DNA of 64,000 nucleotides, taken from NCBI GenBank assembly GCA_965112735.1, contig OZ218958.1:868001-932000 (forward strand). Reading direction: 5' to 3'. The stretch comes from Phaeosaccion multiseriatum (Eukaryota; Protista; Ochrophyta, other classes). Positions 49,415 through 59,047 of the stretch are shown here, piece after piece. The notes below the pieces were generated by a model. That model worked only from the letters and a program-made list of their open reading frames with translations. It was not told where the DNA came from and searched no databases. Made by a program: the position numbers and the translations under genes. Each line of letters opens with the position of its first letter. Within the stretch, counting starts at the first letter, position 1.

Positions 49415-51579
49415 TCAAAAGACACCCAGCAGGGACGACAAAGCTTCCTCGGCGGCACCGCGTGTGCTGGACGGCAAGACACCCCCTGCCCCCTCGGGCG
49501 CCCTTTCCCATCCCCTTGTGGCTGTCCTTGGTGGCTGATGTGCTGGTGCCCCTCCATCCTCCGGCAGCACCCCACACACACACACCTCTCCACCTTCAAA
49601 CGTCCCGAGCACGCCCATCACTGGGGCTGACCCTCTCAGCCTCGTGCGTCCCATACCACCGCAGGCCAGCCCCATGGCGAAGAGGAGTCCCAAGAGCACA
49701 AGCAAGCAGCGCAGCCATGACAGCACCGCGAAGGCTGACGTGCAGGTCGTCGTATCCGCCTCGCTCCTCCTGCTCCTGCTCCTGCTCCAGCCGCCACTCC
49801 TGCTGGTGCCATCGGCACTGCTGCTGGTGGTGCTGCCTCCAATGGTGGTGGTGTGCTCAGCGGGAAGGATGCCACTGTCACCAGTGGGAGTGGTGAAGGA
49901 GAAGGAGCAGGACGAGGAGTCGATGGGTGTTGTCGGCGCCGTGGTCGGCACCACCGGCGCCGCTTCGTGCTCATTATCCGACGAGTCGTGCACCTTCGCC
50001 TCCGTCCCCCTCCTCTTCATCCTACTCCCCGCCCCTCCTCCCCCTGTGAGAAGCAGCAGCAGCCACACCCCGTCCACGACGCCGTGTAACAAGGCCAACC
50101 CCAAGCCCACAAGAAGGACTTCCTCCGACCAAGGCACAAAGAGGGTCCCCACTCCTCCAGCCTGGCAGCCGATGCCAACCAAGCACCCGGCGTTGCTACT
50201 AGTAGCGCTGCTGCTACTGCTACTGCTGCTGCTGCTGCTGGTGGTGGTGGTGGTGGTGGTGCTGCTGCTGCTGCTCGTCCACATCCACGCGATGGCCACG
50301 ATCGCGGAGACGCATTGCAACCCGCGGAGGACAAGAAGGACGCCATTGGGGGTGGAGAGTCGCCACAGCCACCCCAGCCACCAGCCTTTAGGAGCACAGA
50401 GAATCTCCAGGAGCTGCTTGTCAGCCAAGGGTAGGGAAGGCAAGGCGAGGCAAGGCAAGGGAAGGCAAGGCAAGGCAAGGCAAGGCAAGGCAAGGCAAGG
50501 CAAGGCAAGGCAAGGCAAGCCAAGGCAAGCCAAGCCAAGGCAAGCCAAGGCAAGGCAAGGCAAGGAAGAAGGAAAGAGGAGAGACGGGGTGTATGTCAGC
50601 AGCAGCAGCAGCCACATTGACGTCAGCCAGCAGCCGCCGCGCCGTTGCTGAGAGGCCTTCTGAAACCCTTCTGCAATAGTTCTGAGACCGTCTGTTCGGG
50701 CTGTGGCTAGTGACGCGAGCGACTTACATGAGAGCTTCTCCGCCTCCCCCCCGGCGCCCCTCGGGGGGGAGCCTCCGACGAAGGCCTCCGTGCTCGACTC
50801 GCCATTTGTTGCATTTCCGTGATGCGGTGAGCCAACTGCCCCATCATCCCCTGCGCCGTGAGAAGTGCAGCCTCCTCCTCCCCCAGCCCCAAGGCGAGCA
50901 CACTGGGGCGGTGTTGGTACTCCACACCGACCATAGCCTTGGCGACTGCTCGGGAGAGACTTGCTCCCTGGTTGGGCTGGAGGCATCTGTAGTATCGACA
51001 GGCACAGGCAAGAGAGGAAAGGGGAGGAGAGGAAGAGGAAAAGAGGGTGAAGGGGGGGGGGGGAGTTGGGGGTTGCCCTTTGGGTGGGTGTGGAGGACAA
51101 CGAAGGGTACAGCGGTGGTCGAAGCGACCTCTGTGATTCGATACGAGCAGGCAAGCACGCGTGCCCATGCATACTGTATGTACTACACGCATGGCTGTAT
51201 GTTGCTGTTTGGACTCTCGCTCTTGTTCAATGGTTGGTGGAGAGGGCCACGTACCCAGCACTGTCGTTGTCGCCCCCCTCCTCCTCTTGGGGACTGGAAG
51301 GAGGGTTCACGACGTTGAGGGCTTGCTCCATGTCGGCGATGAGTGATTGTGTAGCGTCCATGTACAGCTGTAACTGTCGCGCCTGTGCACAGTGAAGAGT
51401 GATACACAGGCACACAGCCACGCAACAACAACGGCAAACACAAGAGTACAGCAGGCTGAGCCCAGTCGGTCACAAGAGTACAGCAGGCTGAGCCCAGTCG
51501 GTCACAGTCCGGTCTCGGTCACCAGAGCCCGCATGCAGGAGTGAGGCATATGGGTCATTCTGTGTATCTCTCTCTCAAC

Positions 51580-51614
<35 letters not shown>

Positions 51615-53496
51615 TTGTGTGCTTGTGTGTGTGTGTGTGCTTGTGCGTGTATGCGCGTGCTGCGCTTCGCTTACTGTACCTTCCGAGGGAGGCTGTTGAG
51701 AAGGCCGGGTATGGCAGCAAAGTCCAACGCCATGACACTGAGTCGAACCTCTCCACAACCCCCCAGCTTGCCTTCATTACCATAGGCGAGAGGGTTCAGC
51801 ACTCGGGATACGGAGCGCAGATGGCTGACGGTGGTGGGCCGCAGGGCAGTAGAGAGACAGACAAAGAAGCAGCACAGCAGCAAGGGGAGAACGACAAAAG
51901 GTTAGCTGAGGGTAAGGCAAGGAGCAGAATGCGGGGATCAGTGCTGGCTGCACTTTACTTTATGCCTTTGCCTCCTCACCTCTTCTGCCTGAATTGGAGC
52001 CTGTCTTGCTCGGTTCTCTCCGCGGCCTGGACGGGGTACCACTGATCGATGGCCACCGGCTTGTTGAGAGGCAGACCTTCGGGCAGGTCGATCTGAGTAG
52101 CGAGGACAAGGAAGAAAGGGCGCGAAAATGTACCCAAAGGTAAGAACCAGAGGGCACGTACGACAGCCGAGGAAGTGGCGCTCGGGCTCCTCAGGACCTT
52201 GCCTTGGATAGACACGAAACACCTTCCTTTGAGAAGGACCTCAGTACTCAGTGAGTGAGTTCTCAGTCAGTGAGCCTCGCTCAGTAGACCTCAGGCCAGG
52301 CAGCACCCCGCTCTCCTTCTCCCACAACTTGTTGGCTACATTCACCGTACGGATTCATTTCAAGGGGTGCAGTACGAACCTCGATTTTGCCGAGCAAGGT
52401 GTCGCTCATGAGTGATTCGTAGCTGAAGAGCATGAGCAGCAGCGTCTTGGCAGTCGGCATCGAAGGCTCGATGGAGTAGATGAAGTGAGCATGCCAGCTC
52501 GGAGACACGGTGTCCTCTGCAGGGCATGAGGGCAGCGAGAGATGGTGTATGAAAGGGGGGCTTCGTGGGCTCGGTTAGGCACGCTCTCTCATTATCTCCT
52601 TGTCTTTCCTCCCTTCTTCCCCGTACCATCGGCCTGACCTATATCGGACTCCCTTCCTTACCGAGTACCCGGGTTTTTTTCTCGACAGAGTCGAATTGGA
52701 CAACAGCGTAGGGTCGGCTGCGCACAGGAATTGTGAAGAAGGATGCATGCAGAGAAGGTTCAGAAGTTAGAGAAGTGGACTGCGCTTAGTGGAGAGAAGT
52801 GGGCTGCTTGCTCGGGTGGGTCAGCAATGGTCTAGCTACTGCTGACAAAGTCTACAACCAGCAGTCCTTGTGGCCTGAGAAATCGACTTTGATTCTATTC
52901 TCTTCTCTCTCTTACTCTCTACTACCCTCTCTCGCTCTCTCTCCCGCCTTCTGCTCCCTTTCTCTCGCTCGTCCAATCTTTCTCTCTCGCTCTCTCTCTT
53001 TCTTTCCCTCTCACTCCTGCCTTCAGCTCCCACTCTCTCGCTCACTCACTCTTTCTCCCTTGCTCGCTCCCGCTCTCTCTCTCCTCTCTCTCCCCCCCCC
53101 TCTCTCTCTATGTCCTGTCCCTCTTCGTGCTGGGACCATCAACTAATCTGGACTCATTACAACTGACCTGGACCCATTACTGTTGGCGGCTGCTAGACCT
53201 CGAGCCTCGACGACAGACACCAAGAGGTAGCTGGTGTGATAGGCACAGCGCAAGGGTGGGGGCATTGTTGTTGCGTTAGTTCTAGTCAGAAAAGACCGAG
53301 GAAGGCACACCTACAGCAAAGAAATGGAAAGGAGGAAGGTTGTCTCTCAAAGCACTTCTGCAAAGCCCCTCTCTTCTCACGTGCTTCCCGACTCCGACTC
53401 CACTGTGTGCGGCTCTTCCTCGGCGTTTTGCTGCTGCTTTTTCTCCTCCCTCTCCTCTGTCTGCTCACTCAAGTGCGTTCCCGCGGAGCGAAGCAT
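49415..53496 (-). CDS. C2-domain protein with C-terminal transmembrane segments (multi-exon; ends approximate)
   Basis: Joined exons: YLLVSVVEARGLAAANSNGSS|RPYAVVQFDSVEKKTRVL|EDTVSPSWHAHFIYS...LLLMLFSYESLMSDTLLGKIE|IDLPEGLPLNKPVAIDQWYPV...GEVRLSV (C2 pattern). The last exon carries hydrophobic stretches VSAIVAIAWMW, VLLVGLGLALLHGVVDGVWLLLL and FAVLSWLRCLLVLLGLLFAMGL. Confidence 0.75.
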
Positions 53497-53650
53497 CACG
53501 ATCTTCTGTACCGCATCAAAGGCATGGCACCTACCGTGTGAATCGTGGAGCACCAAAACGCCCGCAGCCGGGTTTTTTCCACCAGACTTACCTCTTGCTC
53601 TTTTGTACCGCGGCGCTAGGTGGCTCTCAGCAAGAGGACTGGGAAGAGCA

Positions 53651-55942
53651 ATGAAGCGCCGCGCTCAGGAGTGCCGGCAGCAGGGAGAGGCGGGAGAGGC
53701 GGGGAGGATGATATCTCACAGTCCCCGGCAGCAGAGCGCCGCTGGTTCCTCTACTGCGTGCACCGTCCAAGCTGGGGACAGCAGGAGCCAGACTGTAGCG
53801 GCCTGGGGTGTTCTTGATACCGTACTGCGGAGCAAGGAACTTTGGGGTGTCAGCCGGGCCCTCGATGAGGTGACATCACGCACTCTCGTGCTGAATTCTG
53901 CTGTACCCGCCCCTGTCCAACAGCATATGCTCGGTCTCCTCCGGTGGCAGCAGCGGGAAGAGGAGAAGCACACTCGTGCATCACCATCTCTAGCGGCAGA
54001 GGTGGGGGCCGTTGGCAGTGGAGAGGGAGAGGGAGGCCTGGGGGGAGGCAAACCGAGACGCACGTTCGGCATTGCAGCTGTGCGCCTGGGCCCCAGCAGG
54101 AGCTACTTTCATGGTCTCGATCTGGCCTCCGCTGACGAAGCTCTGGTCGCGAAGGCGTTGGCGCTATTGTCGGCATCGGTCAAGCGTGTGTGCTTCTCGG
54201 ACCATTTCAACCAAGGTAACATCACGTTACCAAGAACCGTGGAGGAGGTGCAGATGGGGGGGGCCTTCAATCTCCCTTTGGATCTCCCCGCCTCGCTGAA
54301 GAAGATCACATTTGGCGAAAGGTTCAATCAGCACGTGGTCCTTCCTTGCGGTGTGGAGGAGGTGGCGATGGGGCGTGACTTCAACCTCCCTTTGGACCTG
54401 CCTGCTTCGCTGAAGAAGATCACATTGAGCGGAAGGTTCAATCAGCACGTGGTCCTTCCTTGCGGTGTGGAGGAGGTGGCGATGGGGCGGGACTTTAACC
54501 TCCCTGTGGACCTGCCTGCCTCGCTGAAGAAGATCAGATTTAGCGATTGCTTCAATCAGCACGTGGTCCTTCCTTGCGGTGTGGAGGAGGTGGACATGGG
54601 GTGGGACTTCAACCTCCCTCTGGCCCTGCCTACTTCGGTGAAGAAGATCAGTTTTGGCGGACTATTCTATCAGCACTTGGTCTTTCCTTGCGGTGTGGAG
54701 GAGGTGGTGATGGGTTGGGTTTTTAACCTCCCTGTGGACCTACCTGCTTCGCTGAAGAAGATCAAATTTGGTCTTGACTTCAAGCAGCATGTGGTCCTTC
54801 CTTGCGGTGTGGAGGAGGTGGAGATGGGTAGGGACTTTAACCTCCCTCTTGAGCTGCCCGCTTCGCTGAAGAAGATCACATTTGGCGCAAGGTTCAGTCA
54901 GCACGTGGTCCTTCCTTGCGGTGTGGAGGAGGTGGACATGGGGTGGGACTTTAACCTCCCTCTGGCCCTGCCTACTTCGCTGAAGAAGATCACATTTGGC
55001 GAAAGGTTCAATCAGCACGTGGTCCTTCCTTACGGTGTGGAGGAGGTGGCGATGAGGCGGGACTTTAACCTCCCCCTGGCCCTGCCTGCTTCGCTGACGA
55101 AGATCACATTTAGCGAAAGGTTCAATCAGCACGTGGTCCTTCCTTGCGGTGTGGAGGAGGTGGAGATGGGGCATGACTTTAACCTTCCTTTGGCCCTGCC
55201 TGCTTCGCTGAAGAAGATCAGATTTGGCGGAAGATTCAATCAGCACGTGGTCCTTCCTTGCGGTGTGAAGGAGGTGCATATGGGGCGTGACTTTCACCTC
55301 CCTCTGGCCCTACCTGCCTCGCTGAAGAAGATCACATTTTGCATGAACTCGCGATTCAATCAGCACGTGGTCCTTCCTTGTGGTGTGGAGGAGGTGGACA
55401 TGGATTGTGACTTTAACCTCCCTTTGGCCCTGCCTGCTTCGCTGAAGAAGATCAGATTTGGCAGGAACTCGAAGTTCAATCAGCACATGGTCCTTCCTTG
55501 TGGTGTGGAGGAGGTGGAAATGGGTTGTGACTTTAACCTCCCTTTGGCCCTGCCTGCCTCGCTGAAGAAGATCAGATTTGGCGGACTATTCAATCAGCAC
55601 GTGGTCCTTCCTTGCGGTGTGGAGGAGGTGGAAATGGGTTGTGACTTTAACCTCCCTTTGGAGCTGCCTGCCACGCTAAAGAAGATCACATTTGCCGAAT
55701 GCTCGCACTTCAATCAGCACGTGGTCCTTCCTTGTGGTGTGGAGGAGGTGCAGATGGGTAGGGACTTTAACCTCCCTCTGGCCCTGCCTGCTTCGCTCCA
55801 GAGTCTATGGTTGGGAAGGAACTACACTTGCCATTTGGAGCATCTGCCTGCTGGCCTGAGGGATTTTACGGTTGGGCGGGGATGTCCTCTGCCTGCAGAT
55901 CGTCCCGAGGGGCTTCTGGTCAAGTACCATGGCTCTTTATGA
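53651..55942 (+). CDS. Intronless FNIP/LRR-like repeat protein, copy A (13 near-identical 38/40-aa repeats at 54284-55783)
   Basis: Repeat consensus LPASLKKIxFxxxFNQHVVLPCGVEEVxMGxDFNLPLx; the array is 1500 nt = 10x114 + 3x120. Likely ATG at 53651 (MKRRAQE). The ORF-track extension to 53324 overlaps the opposite-strand C2 gene. Confidence 0.9.
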   Translation: MKRRAQECRQQGEAGEAGRMISHSPRQQSAAGSSTACTVQAGDSRSQTVAAWGVLDTVLRSKELWGVSRALDEVTSRTLVLNSAVPAPVQQHMLGLLRWQQREEEKHTRASPSLAAEVGAVGSGEGEGGLGGGKPRRTFGIAAVRLGPSRSYFHGLDLASADEALVAKALALLSASVKRVCFSDHFNQGNITLPRTVEEVQMGGAFNLPLDLPASLKKITFGERFNQHVVLPCGVEEVAMGRDFNLPLDLPASLKKITLSGRFNQHVVLPCGVEEVAMGRDFNLPVDLPASLKKIRFSDCFNQHVVLPCGVEEVDMGWDFNLPLALPTSVKKISFGGLFYQHLVFPCGVEEVVMGWVFNLPVDLPASLKKIKFGLDFKQHVVLPCGVEEVEMGRDFNLPLELPASLKKITFGARFSQHVVLPCGVEEVDMGWDFNLPLALPTSLKKITFGERFNQHVVLPYGVEEVAMRRDFNLPLALPASLTKITFSERFNQHVVLPCGVEEVEMGHDFNLPLALPASLKKIRFGGRFNQHVVLPCGVKEVHMGRDFHLPLALPASLKKITFCMNSRFNQHVVLPCGVEEVDMDCDFNLPLALPASLKKIRFGRNSKFNQHMVLPCGVEEVEMGCDFNLPLALPASLKKIRFGGLFNQHVVLPCGVEEVEMGCDFNLPLELPATLKKITFAECSHFNQHVVLPCGVEEVQMGRDFNLPLALPASLQSLWLGRNYTCHLEHLPAGLRDFTVGRGCPLPADRPEGLLVKYHGSL

Positions 55943-55958
55943 TGATGATGAATGGCGG

Positions 55959-55991
<33 letters not shown>

Positions 55992-56308
55992 GGAGGAGGA
56001 GGAGGAGGAGGAAGAAGAAGAAGAAGAAGAAGAAGAAGAAGAAGAAGAAGAAGAAGAAGAAGAAGAAGAAGAGGAGGAGGAGGAGGAGGAGAACGATAAT
56101 GTCTATGTCTAGGAGGTGTCTATGTCTAGGAGACGTGCCTGGAGGAGGTGCAGCTCGCTCCATGAGAATACAACGCATGAAACAAAGCCACTGTCAGGGG
56201 CAGGGTCAGGGGCAGAGTCAGGGGACGACGACTGACGAGAGTGAGGCGCGGACCGAGGCGGAGACGTGGGGGAGAGGGGGCGGGAGGTAACGGGGAGAGG
56301 CAGCACTG

Positions 56309-58053
56309 ATGAGGTTCCTCATCCTCACCCTCGTACCGCTTTGGCCCCTCGGAGGAGGAGCAGAGGAGGAGAAGGGTGTGGACGGACAGGGACAGAGAGC
56401 CCAAGGTGAGCAGAGCCCCCTCCCCGCCCTTCGACTTACGTGCCAGCTTCCACGGTCTGCGACCACAGCAGAATCCATCAAGCATCTACTACAAATGTTT
56501 CGTGTTGCAGGACTCTCCTGTAGCTTGCTTTGACCTCTCTACTCTCCAACACCGCTGCCCTCTCCACCTACAGTAGCAGCAGCATAAGCATCAACAGCAG
56601 CAGCAGCAGCAGCAGCAGGGAAGACTTCTTGCGGATGACTTCAGTGCTGTCTGATACGCTCGTGGGGGAGCAGTACGGTGTGGGAACCGTAGACGACGAG
56701 ATCGGTCTCACCAGGTGAGGCAGTCGGCTTCTGGCCGTCCTCTCTCTCCCTCTCACCCGTACTTTGTTTCCATCTGTCTCCTCTCTCCCTCGCTCCCTCC
56801 GTTTCTGACCCCCCCCCCTCTGTCTCTCCATCTACATCTCTCTCTGACGGTTTAAGCTTTCGTTGTGTCTCTCCCTCCCTCTGTCTCACCCTCTGTACCC
56901 CTTTCTCTCCCTCCCTCCCTCCCTCCCTCCCTCCCTCCCTCCCTCCCTCCCTCTCTCCCTCCCTCTCTCCTTGTCTCCCTCCCTCCCTCCCTCCCTCCCT
57001 CTCTTCCATGCCGCAGGCCTGTCAAGACCACCCCCCTGAGCCTTGTTCCCTTGGTGGTAATGGTGGAGGGCGTCCTCACTGGGGCAGAGTGTGCGGAGAT
57101 TGTCAGCATCGGTAAATCGAAGGTGGAAGCTTCCCACGTAATGGGGAAGGCAGGGTCAAAGTCGAGGTGAGCCGATGCTGCTCCCTGCTCCAGCAGGGGG
57201 GTATGCATATGGTGGGAAAGAAGGGGTGCGTGAGTGCGTGTGTGTGTGTACGTATGTATATATGTGTATATGTGTGTTTGGGTGTATGTGGCCGCCATGC
57301 TCTGCTGTCATGCTCGTGGTGGTGGTTCTCTTCCCGCGCGTTGGGATGCAGTGCGTATTACCACAGAGAGCAGCAGCTCTGGAGGACCACCTTGTGCTGA
57401 CTTGTCTTGCTAAGCGTCTCTCTCTCTCCCCCTCTTCTCTCTCTCTCTTTCTCTGTCTCTTCCCCTCTCCCTCCCTCTCCCTCTCTCTCTGCTCTGTCCT
57501 TCATCATCTGTTGGTGTGTAATCGCAGAGTGAGTGAGAGTGCGTTCCTACCGTATGGGGTGGGAGGAGACAAGTCCATTCTCCGCACCCATCGAGACCGA
57601 ATCGAGAACATCTTGGCGTTTCGGCCAGAGTAAGTAATCCCCCTTTCGGCGCCATCATCACTCTCCACCTCCTTGTCCTGCCCTCCTCCGCCCCCCTTGT
57701 GGTAGCTCCGACCACCCTCACACCGGATATCCACGCACACAACACACCAATATTAGCCCCCCACCCACTGCCATCCATCCATTGCCATCCCCCTCCCTCC
57801 AGGAGCCGTCTTCTCGGCGGGCTGCTAGGACGTGCAGCTTGTGCATTACGAAGAAGGAGGCCGCTTCGACGTACACCACGACTCCACAGCCTTCCACCCC
57901 CGCTACCTCACCGCCCTGGCCTATCTCAACGACGTGCCCGGAGAGGGAGGCGGGATGTGGTTTCCGGTTGCCAATGGAGGGGAAGCTGTCGATACCGGTG
58001 ATGGTGGTCAGGAATGTGAGGAAGGGGGTGAGGGAGGGGGCCAACAAGAAGGT

Positions 58054-58092
<39 letters not shown>

Positions 58093-58308
58093 GGAGTAGA
58101 AGCAAGACGAGGCGAAGGCGGCGTGATTGTGACGCCCAAGCTGGGATCGATGGTGGTGTTTTTCAATCACAAGCCTACTGGGGGTGGGGGTGTGGATGGC
58201 AGTGGAGGGGTTGATGCCGTGTTGGACGCTTCGGCTGTGCATGCAGGTTTGCCCCTCGCCGCCGGACAGAGCAAATGGGTCATGAATCTGTGGTGGAAGC
58301 CCCCTTGA
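56309..58308 (+). pseudogene. Prolyl 4-hydroxylase (2OG-Fe(II) dioxygenase), copy A, disrupted; 5' end uncertain
   Basis: Exons encode LSLVPLVVMVEGVLTGAECAEIV, RVSESAFL, VQLVHYEEGGRFDVHHD (HxD), RYLTALAYLNDVPGEGGG, VIVTPKLGSMVVFFN, AVHAGLPLAAGQSKW (distal His, 2OG-binding Lys). Relative to copy B it has an extra C at ~57806 and GAG>TAG at 57826-57828. Confidence 0.8.
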
Positions 58309-59047
58309 TGCTGGAGGATGATGCCGTTGATGATGCGGTGATGGTGATGGTGATGGTGATGACGATGACGGGCGGACCCACGCCACACACACAAGCACAC
58401 GCCAAATACTATAGACAACAGTGGAGTCTTTTTCGTCCTCAACACAGAGGTCCGTGCGAGCAACGACCTTCTCGATCATGTACCGGGACGTGTCAGAGGG
58501 ATGGAGGGCCAGTGTCCGGTTTCAGTGTCCTGTTTGTCCTGTTCTCGGTCGGGTTCATCCATCCTCTCTGAGCGAGGCCACAGCGGCAGACTCTGAGCTG
58601 CAGTTGAAGGCGACATGACACCTCCTTCGCTGCTGCTCTTACTGCTCCCACTGCGTCGGTTACCGCTCCTCTTGCTACAGAGCAAACAGAGCATTGGAAT
58701 GAAAAGAGAGTGGGGGGGGGGGGGGGGTATGAAGTGCCATCCATGGTTTGCCTAAAAGTAACAACAGCCCTTGTGTCGAATCGAACGTTCGTACCGGGCT
58801 CACTCTGGAGCGCCACTGTGGGAGGAAGGGCACCGACCGTGTGAATCGTGGAGGACCAACACGCCCGCAGGCCGAAGGAGCTGACTTCCTCTCTTGCTCT
58901 CTTGTACGGCGGCGCTGGGTGGCTCTCAGCACCGCGGCCCCCACCCTGTGTTCCCCTCTTTCCCCAAAGCTTAGAGGACTGGGAAGAGCAATGAAATGCC
59001 GCATTCAGGAGTGCCGGCAGTAGGGAGAGGCGGGAGAGGCGGGGAGG

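Larger units (their letters stand above)
53526..58784 (+). repeat. Tandem segmental duplication, unit A (FNIP gene + P4H gene)
   Basis: Collinear near-identity with 58829-63996, from GCACCxACCGTGTGAATCGTGGAG to CTTGTGTCGAATCGA, including introns and microsatellites. Confidence 0.95.

Noticed and set aside
53324-53650. N-terminal extension of the 872-aa FNIP ORF
   Set aside because: Largely not shared with copy B and overlaps the first exon of the opposite-strand C2 gene; ATG 53651 is more plausible.
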